Shown piece by piece: positions 1-12,090 of a stretch of 64,000 bases of DNA. A program made the translations under genes and the position numbers. The notes beneath the pieces were generated by a model. The model saw only the letters and a list, made by a program, of their open reading frames with translations. It did not search any database and had not been told where the DNA came from. Every line of letters begins with the position of its first letter. Position 1 is the stretch's first letter. The stretch is from Rhina ancylostomus (taxonomy: Eukaryota). The DNA lies in the NCBI GenBank assembly GCA_030265395.1, contig JARFYF010000029.1, positions 12,555,666-12,619,665 on the forward strand, given 5' to 3'.

Positions 1-102
1 ACGTCGACTGTTTATTTCCCTCCACAGATGCTGCCTGACCCACTGAGTTCCTCCAGCATTTTGGTGTGTGTTGCTCCAGATTTCCATCATCTGCAGTCTC
101 TC
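1..102 (+). mobile_element. Penelope-like terminal repeat fragment (3' half of hammerhead motif cut by window edge)
   Basis: ACGTCGACTG...tccacagatgctgcctgacccactgagttcctccagca...catctgcagtctc; same unit as 7481-7600 and 63069-63167. Confidence 0.75.
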
Positions 103-624
103 GGATATTACCATCACTGACCATTAATTCTCATTGCACAAATTCCAATAAAGCTTATATTTATAAATATTTCATCATTATTAGTACATTTTACCCTCCA
201 ATGTGGCATAATGTACTGTACAAGGTATAATATTCTTGCAATTGTGATCTGCACAATATGTATAATTTATGTTAACTTATTTCTGTCCCTGTCTTGTACT
301 GTATTGTGGGGGTGCTGCTGCAGAAAGCCAACGTTCATGGCATTTATGCCCTTTGTACGTTTGCCTATGACAACAACTTGAACTTGAAATCTCTTCCTTG
401 AAAAAAATAAACTGGAACTTGAAGCCGTGTGGTGCCTGACACTGGACCTTTCCTTTTTGTACTGCGTACTCATCTGTCTTAGTTTTTCCTGCTTGCTTTG
501 CAAACTTCACTTCAGCTTTTTTGTCTTAAAAGTGTTATCTCTCTTTCATGGTACAGTTCCATGGATATCCTCTGGTAACATGGTGCTTCTTTTCACCCTA
601 GGTGAATAGAACAAGCATTTGCTT

Positions 625-745
625 GCTCTCCCTCACCCTCTCTCGCTCTCTTTCTCTCTTTTGTTCTCTCTCTCTCTTTCTCCCTCTTTTTCCTTCTCTT
701 TTCCTCATTCTCTTTCTCGGTCCACCCGACCCCCTCTCCTCTCCC
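625..745. repeat. (CT)-rich polypyrimidine microsatellite
   Basis: Near-continuous C/T tract with ctctct runs; explains the K/E/R-rich minus-strand ORF 593-949. Confidence 0.85.
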
Positions 746-2555
746 CCATAGGAAATTCCTCAACCCAAGTACCTTCAGGCCAGTTGTAGCCGCATTTCTG
801 TGGCACCAACTGAGATCAGGCACCTCGCTACAAATTTCCTCTGGGTCCAGTCCAATCCAGTTGACATCGCTATTCACTGTGTAAACTTGCTGAACCATCC
901 ATTGTGTGTATGTGAGAGAGAGAGATACTTGTGAATTCTCTCTCATCAAATCATTCCCAAATTCAACATCAGTCCCAACTTCTTAGAAAGCAAAGTGGCA
1001 ATAAACCCTGGAATGCAACAATGGCATAGTCAAGGCAGCTGTGAAGGGCAGTTAACCTTTTTATAACATTGTTTTCAGACTATTTAATTTAGAATCTTAC
1101 TTGTATCATCAGGAAGGAAGAGCACCCAGGTCTCCCAATGCACATTGTTTAACTAGTGAGCAATGTAAACTATTCCAAAAGGTGTTGCCCTGTTTGTGTG
1201 TGTGTGTTCAATAGAAACAGAAACTAGAGCAAAGAGGTCAGCTGGATCATGTTGATGTTCAGTATCAAATGTAAATTTACTGCTTGTGTCAATGATTTAT
1301 ATAACATAGCTTTTCAGAATTATGCTATATACATATATGTTCTATTCTTTATTTCAATGCACAAACCGAATCCAGCAATTGGGAAGGGAGAACACCAATA
1401 AATATTTATATAATTGCTATTTTCATTAACAGTCAACTATCAAAATAAAGACCCTCCATTTTTGTTATTTTAATTGTTACGCTGATTGTGTTTAACGAGG
1501 CTATTAGACACATGTATTTCAATATTCTTAACTGAGAAGGAATGAAATGCCAAACCGTGTTAGGCAGACACAGTCAAGGTTGTGAAGAGCAAGGAGAAAT
1601 GGTGTGGTAAGTCAGAAGTGAGTGGGCTACACCACAGTTTGTACAAATGCCTCACATTGTTTGGGATGGGATAAACTGAGGAGGGTGAGAAAGGCCTCAG
1701 TTTAAAACGTGGGCAGTGACCTGGAGGAAGAGGCAGTGGAATGAACTGTGATTTGAATTTCAGGAAAGTACAGGATGGATTTGTGGCTGTTGAAGGTTTT
1801 GGCGCTATTTGCCTCTAATAGGATTTTTTATAATTCCTCTAGTACTTCAATATTGTTTCATAGCATACCATACATATTCAAATTAAAAGGAAGAGGGGAT
1901 TTTTTTTGCCTCTGGCATGGTGTGAGACTTTGCTTCTCTGTCAGTTGCATCCTGAGTTCAATGTGTCCTTGGCAGCTGCATCTTTCCAATAATACCACCC
2001 CTTATACGCTCATCACTGTGACCATTATACGGTTATTGCTTAACACCAATTTAACCTGTCTTGCTAACCTTAACACACTAAGCACAGTGCAAAAATAGTT
2101 TTGCTTTCTCGGTCAATACAGGTAACTCCACGAGACCCAGCTCCAGAATGCTCATCGTGTGTGAAGCTGCAGTGAGGGGATTGCTGCAGAAACTCGTGTT
2201 TAATCATTATAATTCCTTCTATTAATTCAACTCCTTTAGATCAAATCTCCTCCAAGACTCTTTGGAATAGGATTAAAAACCTTTAGGAAATTACTTTCTT
2301 TTATAAAAGGCTATAATGAGCCATCTCTTTTACTGTGCCTTTACCTTCTCCATGAACGTGGGATTCTTGTGAAATCCAGTTCAGTTTCTTCTGGGAGTGA
2401 TTTAATCTTGCTTCTTGAAGGAATTGTTCAGTGAGGTTTTATCATAGTATCTTAAAGGATTCAGATTGATAGCCCAGAATCTGCAATGATACTGTCAGTA
2501 CTCTGCTACAATGGAGCAAAAGTATTGCAACTTGTGGAACCTGCAGTTAGCTGCA

Positions 2556-2890
2556 GGGTTAGCACAGTGGCAGAGCCAGTTGAGCTGCTGCCTCACAGCT
2601 CCAGCGACTGGGCTTGTTCCTGACCTCTGATGATGTGTGCATGGACTTTGCATGCTTTCCCTGTGACTGTGTGGGTCTCTCTCCTCTTGGTGCTCCAGTT
2701 TCCACCCACATGTTGGTTGGTGGGTTAACTGGCCACAATAAATGGCCCCTAATATGTAGGTGAGTAGTAGTCTGAGGGTGCTGGTGGGAAGGTGGGAGAA
2801 TAAGATTGAATTAGTGTGGTGTAAATGGGTGCCTAATGGTTACCATGAACTCAGTCGACCGAAAGGCTTATTTCCATGTTGTATGACTCC
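2556..2890 (+). mobile_element. tRNA-derived V-SINE (HE1-like)
   Basis: tRNA-like head gcacagtggc..gctgctgcctcacagctccagcga, V-domain tttgcatg..ccctgtgactgtgtggg..ggtgctccagttt, CR1-like tail ccgaaaggc..tttccatgttgtatgactc. Confidence 0.85.
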
Positions 2891-3427
2891 AAATACAGAG
2901 GCTGCTGTTGCTGATTCTTTGCTCCTCAGTAGGTTCTGATGTTTTATAACTTTCTTCAGCCAAATTTTCAGAAGAAACTTGAGGTACCCACAATAATTAA
3001 AACCCTGGAGGTATTCGGAAGTTACAAGAGATGTTAGTGAGCTTTTAATTTACAATAATCTATATTTACCAGTTAACCATATTATATTGTGTTTAATTAT
3101 GACGACCATACTATGTTAACTGGCTAACCCTGGCCCTAAAAGACAAGTTTTATATATGCAACATGTCATTCATTAGATAAACATTTCAAAATTCTGTGGA
3201 TATTTCACGACTTATCTTAATGCTGTCTATCCTGTGATCTTTATTGCATGCTTAAAAGGTTAAAAATTGTGCCGTTTACTTTCTGGTTTGTTATCTGTGA
3301 GAACTCTTTAATATATTGGCTACTCAGCCTACATAATGAGATCATCATTGCTGAATGCCTGAGATCCCTTTGAACTGACATATACCACCAACTAACATCT
3401 GAGAAGGTGGAGTCCAGGCAAGAGAGA

Positions 3428-4863
3428 CCACTGTGGCAATTCGCCTACCGCCAAAACAGGTCTACAGCGGGTGCCATCTCCCTGGCCCTACACTCATCTC
3501 TGGAATATCTGGATATTAAAGACACCTACGTTAGACTGTTGTTTATTGACTACAGCTCTGCCTTCAATACANNNNNNNNNNNNNNNNNNNNNNNNNNNNN
3601 NNNNNNNNNNNNNNNNNNNNNNNNNNNNNNNNNNNNNNNNNNNNNNNNNNNNNNNNNNNNNNNNNNNNNNNNNNNNNNNNNNNNNNNNNNNNNNNNNNNN
3701 NNNNNNNNNNNNNNNNNNNNNNNNNNNNNNNNNNNNNNNNNNNNNNNNNNNNNNNNNNNNNNNNNNNNNNNNNNNNNNNNNNNNNNNNNNNNNNNNNNNN
3801 NNNNNNNNNNNNNNNNNNNNNNNNNNNNNNNNNNNNNNNNNNNNNNNNNNNNNNNNNNNNNNNNNNNNNNNNNNNNNNNNNNNNNNNNNNNNNNNNNNNN
3901 NNNNNNNNNNNNNNNNNNNNNNNNNNNNNNNNNNNNNNNNNNNNNNNNNNNNNNNNNNNNNNNNNNNNNNNNNNNNNNNNNNNNNNNNNNNNNNNNNNNN
4001 NNNNNNNNNNNNNNNNNNNNNNNNNNNNNNNNNNNNNNNNNNNNTAGTGACATGGTGTCATGACAACAACCTTTCCCTCAATGTCAGCAAAATAAAAGAG
4101 CTGGTCATTGACTTCAGGAAGCGAGGCAGTGCACATGCACCTGTCTACATCGATGGTGCTGAGGTCGAGAAGGTTGTGAGTTTCAAGTTCCTGGGAATGA
4201 ACATCACCAACAGCCTGTCCTGGTCCAACCACATAGATGCCATGGCCAAGAAAGCTCACCAGCCCCTCTCCTTCCTCAGGATGCTAAAGAAATTTGGCAT
4301 GTCTCCTTTGACACTCACCAACATTTATCAATGCATCATAGAAAGCATTGCTGCTTGGTCTGGCAACTGCTCTGCCCATGACAGCAAGAAACTGCAGAGA
4401 GTTGTGGACACAGCCCAGCACATCACAAAAACCAGCCTCCCCTCCAGGGACTGTCTATACCTCTCGCTGCCTTGGTAAAGCAGCCAGCATAATCAAAGAC
4501 CCCACCTACCCAGGACATTCTCTCTTCTCTTCTCTCCTCTCCCATCAGGCAGAAGATGCAAGAGCCTGAAAGCACATTCCATCAGGCTCAAGGACAGCTT
4601 CTATTCTGCTATTATGACTATTGATCGGTTCCTTAATATGATAAGATGAACTGTTGACCGCACAGTCTACCTTGTTATGACCTTGCACCTTAATGTCTAC
4701 CTGCACTGCACTTCCTTGTAGCTGTGACACTTTATTCTGCATTCTGTTCTTATTTTTACCCTGTACTACTTCAAAGCACTGTGTAATGAATTGTTCTGTA
4801 CGAATGGTATGCAAGACAAGTTTTCACTGTACCTCGGTATGTGACAATAATAAACCAATACCA
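3428..4863 (+). mobile_element. Rex1/Babar-type non-LTR retrotransposon, 5'-truncated, spanning an N gap
   Basis: RT motifs [22 protein letters not shown] and WCHDNNLSLNVSK..FKFLG..LSWSNHI; 3' UTR ends aataataaaccaatacca. Confidence 0.88.
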
Positions 4864-7334
4864 GCTCTTAATGGGCTGTCTCCTTTGAGGTCAGTGGTGA
4901 ACACTATTTGCTTTGCCACTGAGTGCATTGTCAGGGGAATTACTTTTATTGTCCCTGCAGTTTTGGCTTTTTTTTGTGTGAAGCTAACAAACTGACTGGA
5001 GCCACGCCACACTTAATCGGGACCCGGTGATTGCTATGGACTGATGGCTGAAGAGCATATGGAACGAAGAAGAAGAAGAGAGAATGATTTATGAGCACTT
5101 TGATTCTCCTTGTATGCTTTATAAATCAGGAGATTCTTTTAAAAATTCAATCAATTATTATTATTAGAAAGGTACCAAACAATCAGACTCCAGCAAAATT
5201 ATGAGTTTTGTGTATGCATCATAAAATGTGTTTTGCAGATGGTGGCGTAAAATCTCATCCTCTTTGTGCTCCATGGTGCCATCCAACAAAGCCTTTACAC
5301 AGTAGCTGCAACTAAACATCTATTACATTGGAGTCTGATGCCAGGTTAAGCCTGGCATGGATTTGACAATGACATGACGATAGCAGGTTAAGCATGGATC
5401 AGATCTGAGACTTCCCAGCCAACTGTTTCTGAGCCTTCAGGAAATATTCCCAAGGAAACGTGGTACTTCCTTGAAGGCTTTAACATCCTCCTTTTCCAGC
5501 ACAATGGGCATCTCTCAGGAGCACTCCTCTCAAGTGGATGCTGAACCAAAATGTGAGTCACTGACCACCAAATGAGGTGAATCCTTCCATGAGGGCAAGA
5601 TAATCTCCAAATTTTGGTTTATCTGAAACTTTACTTCAGTGGCCAATATGATTCCAAATAAAATGTAACAATTCTTTACAGACTCCATTGTGAATCAGCT
5701 CCTTGAGACACTTCGTCCACGATACGACTGAGCCCAGCAGCTGCATCTGCACGTTCTATGCATTACTCACTGGTGTGAAAACTGTAGGGTTACCACAGCA
5801 ATTACAAGGGACCGTGACTGGCTACAGAAGTGTCGAGCTTTCTTTCGGTGAAGTTGTGGCCAATCTCCAGTTTCAGCAGGAACTGAAGTTTCAGTTCAAG
5901 CCCCCCATCTGCTCAGTGGCCCGTTCCTCTTCCAATTTCTTTTTTACCTACATTCCTATCCCCTGCCCGAAAGTTTGACCCTGATTTACCGTTCGGTCAA
6001 AGTGATTGTTACTTTTGCTTCTTTCTTCCTGGGTAAGTTGAGCAATAAATATTTTTGGGTATTTTTGAGGCAACTTCTTCTATGAAATCAGTGTAATGAC
6101 TTCAGTTTCTTGGTGTAATTAGAGTTTAGAGATTTATTGGAAGTAATTCTGGATGTGTTTATTGCACCAATAATTGGCGCTATTGGGTGGCAAAATTGTG
6201 AAATCTTTTCCAGGTTGCTATCTGTCACTGTGAAATTAACAATACATCTAAGAAACCTGAGACTACTTTTATTATTCCTCTTTGAGGAGTCTCACGTTAG
6301 ACACAAGAGGCAGGATCCTTCTTTCATCTTGGCTGTGATTTCCTTCTGTCATGCAAAATGTTGTCAGAACCTCAATTTGTTTTTATTTGTTCATTTGGCA
6401 TTAGGTTGCTGCTTTTATCTACGTGATGTCATTCTCCATTGCTAGATATTGACCAAATGGAGTATAATTGTGAGACTAAACCTATGTGCATTTAGAATTT
6501 TTGATGTGAAGTCTCAAATTAACTGTAGATTCGATGAAAGGATCAAAAGTCATCATGACCAGCCTGCCCTGCTGTGAAGCTCTTTTAAACACAACTCAAG
6601 CTGCAATCAATTTGTTTGCAGCTAAATGATACATTTCAACTTATTGAGAAGCCCAGGAGAAAGACAAAAGGCAATTTTTCATCAAAGTCTAAAGGACAGA
6701 AGATGAAGAAGCTCCACAAATAGTAATTATGTGATGCCAGTTTTGTGTTTAGAAGTCTGTAGAATGCAGGAGGAAAGACAAAGAGATTAATCAAAAGAGA
6801 ATTTTCATTCTTTATCACTTTAAAAAATATTCTTCCCCTCTTAGGATTTAGATAGACATGGCATGCATGAGTGAAAAATTGGATTTGGACAAGTGTCCTC
6901 CAGAAAGGGACTCAACTCACTTTTGTAAAGTGCTGAGCAAGATTGTTATCAAACAAAATTCAATAGTGGACTATAAAAATGGTAGGAAATGTGAGCTTCA
7001 GGGAGTATCTTCTAGATGGAGCATCAAAGAGGTTTGGGGAGGGAATTTTCCAGTCTAGGACATCGGCAATTGAACATATAGCCTCCTCTTTGCAATGACG
7101 ATTCATGGATTGCCCTGAATTCTTTTGTGCATTGGAAATCATTAAAGCTGTTCACAAATCTGGCTTTGCTTTCCTTTTTGATTGACAATTTCATGTCCTT
7201 CTGGGTGAGCACATGAAGAGATCTGGCCATAGAGTTCTGCTGGCATGCATTTGGACCAGGGCGCAATAGAAGTCATGGAGGTAGCCCAAAGATCGAAAAG
7301 GATAAAATTCCTCAGCAAATAAACCTCCCAGTTT

Positions 7335-7602
7335 CTGTTGCTGTTTCCACCCTTCCCTTCCCCACCCAGCTTCATCTGCCCATCAACCCCTCCTCATCTG
7401 GATCCCCCTTATCGCTTGCCAGCTCTTGCCTCACCCATCCCCCTCACCTCTTTATACTGGCTATCTCCCCGTTACTCTCTCAGTCCTGATGCAGGGTCTC
7501 GACCTGAAATGTCGGCTCTCTCTCTACATCCACAGATGCGCTGAGTTCCTCCAACAGCTTGCTTTTGTTCCAGTTTTCAGCATCTGCAGTCTCTCGCGTC
7601 TC
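7335..7602 (+). mobile_element. Penelope-like 3' terminal repeat
   Basis: C-rich tract, hammerhead-like motif, then cacagatg..ctgagttcctcc..catctgcagtctc; homologous to 62860-63167. Confidence 0.78.
7481..7518 (+). ncRNA. Minimal type I hammerhead ribozyme-like motif (variant or decayed)
   Basis: CAGTC-CTGATGC-A-GGGT(CTCG)ACCT-GAAAT-GTC-GGCTC: stem I, CUGANG core, 4-bp stem II, GAAA, GUC triplet. Deviates from the CUGAUGA and GAAAC consensus. Confidence 0.6.
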
Positions 7603-8275
7603 AAAGATTATTCACTTTACCAGTGCTGGATAATCTTCAGACTTCAACTGAATTCTTATTTCTTGCCCTGCCTTTGCCATTATGCAAAATTACGTAGGAG
7701 TTCTATGCTGTGAGAGTATCATGGACAAAGAAATCTGAGTAGACTCTTTAACTGACATTTACAACACAGCTCAATAACACTGCTTCTTTCAGGCACTATC
7801 TTCTTTCAGAGGATAGAAGCCAGGAGCAAAATTAATGCTGAAGCATTGCTCTCCCACCAAAATTGTCCCCAGACCGGCTGCTATTGGCAAAAATAGTGGT
7901 GAGCATTTTACAGCCAATATCTCTGTGACCTAATTAGCATGGCAATTGCAAATATGGAAAAAAATGTATAGAAATGGATGATGAGAAAGGAATTTAGATT
8001 CTGTCAGTTTTGAAAGGATGCAACAGTTAAATTTGGCTGTCAGACAGAGGAAAATTGCAGAAAGCCTTTGCAGATTCTGGAAGACTCCAGTCTTGAAAAG
8101 GGTTGACTCAATGAGATATGAAGAGATTTGTGGTTTATATGTTAAAAAAGGCCAGAGAGAATCCTAGGTTCAAGCAGTGGGTCTAATGGCAGATTATGGA
8201 GCAGCCCACCACTTGACGGGCTGCTACTGAAGGGGAAGTAAAGCCTTGCAAGGTGGTTGCAAGAAGGTTTGAGTG

Positions 8276-8637
8276 TTATTGGTTTATTATTGTCACATGT
8301 ACCAAGGTACAGTGAAAATCTTGTCTTGCATACTGTTCATACAGGTCAATTCATTACACAGTGCAGTTACATTGAGTTAGTACAGAGTGCATTGATNNNN
8401 NNNNNNNNNNNNNNNNNNNNNNNNNNNNNNNNNNNNNNNNNNNNNNNNNNNNNNNNNNNNNNNNNNNNNNNNNNNNNNNNNNNNNNNNNNNNNNNNTTCT
8501 ATGGTGCATCGATAAAAGTTGGTGAGGGTCAAAGGGGACATGCCAAATTTCTTTAGCCTCCTGAGGAAGTAGAGGTTCTGGTGAGCCTTCTTGGCCGTGG
8601 CATCTACGTGGTTGGACCAGGACAGGCTATTGGTGAT
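8276..8637 (-). mobile_element. Rex1/Babar-type LINE 3' fragment
   Basis: Reverse complement of 4190-4860 (ggtttattattgtcacatgtacc..; tttagcctcctgaggaagtagagg..ttggccgtggcatc). Confidence 0.85.
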
Positions 8638-8871
8638 GCACCCTGGCTTTTGTTGTCACTGTGGATCATTGCAGAACCGATCACAATACTGCATGTGCAC
8701 CTCTGGCAATGCAAAACCTTGCAAGATGGATATAAGTGCCAGAACCTGCAGGAACATTTAGTGGCAATTAAAACAACACTGGATTTTGATCAGCCTGACA
8801 TGTCTTATTTCATAGAGTGTCTTTGAAAGCATGACATACTGTTAACTAGAGCATATTTGAGGAACCGTCTC

Positions 8872-9210
8872 GTTTGAGAGGGTGCAGAGCAGATTCACCA
8901 AGATGTTGCCCGGACTGGAATATTTCAGTCTTGAGGCAGAGTTGTCTGAGACCAAAGGTCATAGGCTTAAGGCGAAGAGCAAGAGGTTTAGAGGGGATCA
9001 GGGGAAGAATTATTTAACCCAGAGCATGGTTGCAATTTGGATCACACTGCTCGAGAAGATGGTGGAGGCAGATACTCTCACAAGATTTAAGTAGCATCTG
9101 GATGAGAATTTAAATCACTCAGGCGTAGAAGGCTCTGGGACCAAGTGTTGGGAAATAGGATCGGTGTATTTCAGCATGGGCTTGTTTCTGTGCTGTATAA
9201 CTTTGACTCT
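8872..9210 (+). mobile_element. CR1 LINE 3' fragment
   Basis: ERVQSRFTKMLPGL..GHRLK motif and tail gtttctgtgctgtataactttgactct. Confidence 0.85.
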
Positions 9211-10234
9211 ATTCTGGCCAATCAGATGCGCACACATCTTACTTCAAGGCCTATGAATGCTCCCAAGCTTTTCCATTTCACCTCTATAAGCATAAGTGCA
9301 TATTCTACCTCTGGCGGGTGGCAACAAAGCATCCTGCATAGCACCAAGCCTGCCTGGCATCCACCCATTGGTTCCTCTTCCAGCCAAATGAGCCATGTCA
9401 TTGGAGAACCAATCAGCATAATTTGTGATACAAATAAATTACATCAGTCAATGTCAGGGTCCCACATGCCACAAGGAGAAAATAGAGAAATTAAGAAGAA
9501 AAACTCATTTAAAATTCTTTTTGAGACATCTGGATCGTATTGCTGCCTGACTATTTTGAAGACCTGTTTGGAAGGGGCATTCTTTACACCACACCCAGAA
9601 ATGCAGGCAGATCCATTGGCTGCAAATTAATGTTATACAAGGTGTCCACTGTTTGAAATGGCCCTTTGAAGCTGGCAGTTGAGATACTAACTCAGCACAA
9701 TGACAGCAAAACTGAAAGGGTTTGCTTATTCCTTGCACCTGATTGGCTGGTAACAACTGTAATTGAGGGTACTGACAGGGTGATGAGTGTGTCTCAGATG
9801 TCAGTGAGAGTGGGGAAGGTGTTGAATATATGCTTCTAATATCAACATCAGCCCAGTTTCGAAAGCTTTGTTGCTGGAGTAATTGAATTTGCGGGCTAAT
9901 GAAGGACAACGGCTATTAGGTTTATGAACCTAAACACTTATCCATCAGACATTAGAATTGGTTTTAATTCCTGGAGGTGGTGACCTATATGTGTTCATAG
10001 ACTGGTGTAAGTGAGAAAAATTATTATCCTTTCTGGTGGACTCTTTAGAGAATATAGTCAGCCGATGCCTCAGATATTTGGTTCATAATGTCTCTTTTTG
10101 TTGTTACAAAAATGAATCACTTCCTACCTCCCTGCATTCAAATTCACCAGCTATGTGTCTGAACATTTTATCAGTTTCTCTATGCCCTTCCAAGGTCTGT
10201 TACTCTCCTCCATGATATTTATTACATTTACAGG

Positions 10235-10740
10235 TTTTGTGTCATCTGGAGACATGGAAACATTCCCTGTACACCAATGTCCAGAACATTAATGATTATC
10301 AAAGAGAACAGAGCTTCTAACGCCAGTCTTGGGAGACATTGCTGTATTCTTACCTTCAGTCTGTAAAGCAATCATTTGCCTCATCTTTCCTCTCTATCCC
10401 TGAGCCAATTTTGTATTCACACTGCCAAAGACATAAGAACATAAGAAACTAGGAGCAGGAACAGGCCTCTCAGTCCTATTCAGTACGATTATGGCTAATA
10501 TTCCCCAGGCTTCACCTCCTCCATGTTCCAGCCTTCAGTTCCCCAATCTTTCAAAAACATATTTATTATTTTTTTAAATATCCCCAACAATCTTCCTCCA
10601 CAACCCCCAGACTAGAAAATCACAGAGATTCACCACCCTCTGTGAGAAGAGGTTCCCATGCACCTCCATTTTAAGTGACTGCCCCCTAATCTTGGAACTG
10701 TGATCCCTCTTTGCAGATTCTCCCACGAGTGGGAACATCT
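10235..10740 (-). mobile_element. Decayed CR1/L2-group LINE fragments
   Basis: Minus-strand gtcatctg (ADD-like) RT remnant, then a CR1 3' end (cataagaacataagaaactaggagcagg..gattcaccaccctctgtgagaagagg). Confidence 0.65.
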
Positions 10741-11514
10741 TAACATTTGTCCTAACGTGCTTGCTCAGGATCTTGTGTCTTTCACTTTGACTCGATTTAG
10801 CAATTGGGTTCAGGTTAAACTTTCATGCATAGCACACAAAAATGTTATGCTCTGCGAAAGAACTTTTCTGAAAGTCCTGCGCTTATATATTTTGTATTGT
10901 GCCCGCCATAGTCTGTGGCTGCTGCAGACACATTATGAAATGTATGAGTGCAGTTTCAATTGCTGAATGCAAACGGCTCCGATTGGAATCATTGGCCACA
11001 ACCAGCCCAATTCACCTCAATGTCTTATGAGCTGAATGATATTATAAATGGGATATCAGTACAAAACAGAAACCTCCCATGGTTAAGATGAGACCCATGA
11101 GTCATTTGTGGTTCAAGTTTATTGTCTGTAACATCATTGTAATCCTTTTCTCATTATGATACATGGGATTCTTAAACAATAACTGAGTGCTCCCTCAAAT
11201 GTTTCAAATGTATTTCAGATGTGTTTAACATTTAATAAGAAATATTGAATTAAATGTCAGCTCCCTTCATTGAGAACTGATAATACACATTGATTCATAA
11301 CATAATATGGCTCTGTCTCTAAGGATAGCAGTTACTGCTTGTTACATTTCCCATTACTTCAGACTATTTAAGTTCTTTCTTACCAATGATGCATCACTTA
11401 TAAGTGGAACAAGTATACTTTGATTTGTGTATCAATTTTTCACCTTAAACAATCTGTTTTGGAAGTGAATTGTTATGCTCCTCAAGTTTCCAAGTTGCTC
11501 TAGATCTGTTGTCA

Positions 11515-12090
11515 TCTCAGATAACCTTCTTCACTACCCACTATACCACCAATTTTGGAGTCATATGCAAACTTACAAACCATGCCACCTACATTCTCAT
11601 CCAAATTGTTAATATACATGACAAACAACAGGGGACCCAATACCGATCCCAGGCCTCCAATCTGATAAACAACCCTCCACTAGCACCCTCTGAATTCTAC
11701 CATAAAGTTAATTTTGTATCCAGTTGGCTAGCTCACCCTGGATCCCATGTGATCTAACCTTCCAGACCAGTCTACCATACAAGACCTCATCAAAGGCCTT
11801 GCTAAAGTCCATGTGGACAATGTCTACTATCCTGCCGTTGTCAATCTTCAAGGTCATCTCTTCAAAAAACTCATCCACATTCNNNNNNNNNNNNNNNNNN
11901 NNNNNNNNNNNNNNNNNCCAGCTTTTCTCCACAGATGCTGCCTGGCCCTCTGAGTTCCTCCGGCATCATTGTGTTTTCCATCTGACTGTCCCTAATCAGT
12001 TCTTGCCTGTCCAAATGCAGGTAGATCCTGCCCCTCAGAATCCCCACAGTAAATTTCCAACTACAGATAATAGGCTCACTGGCCCATAGT
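11515..12090 (-). mobile_element. CR1 LINE RT fragment with an inserted Penelope terminus (11918-11982)
   Basis: Minus-strand VDIVHMDFSKAFDEVLYGRL..HGIQGELANWIQN. Confidence 0.85.

Noticed and set aside
2556-2640. tRNA gene
   Set aside because: The tRNA-like sequence is the head of a V-SINE and continues into the V-domain and LINE-derived tail.
3407-4478. Long ORFs spanning N gaps (also 16689-17294, 21275-21714, 38945-39592, 51398-51853)
   Set aside because: Their length comes from Ns, and the flanks are retroelement fragments, not host genes.
5230-5990. Possible minus-strand transposase relic (..KALLDGTM..)
   Set aside because: Only one loose motif with stops nearby and no terminal inverted repeats seen; not supportable without a search.
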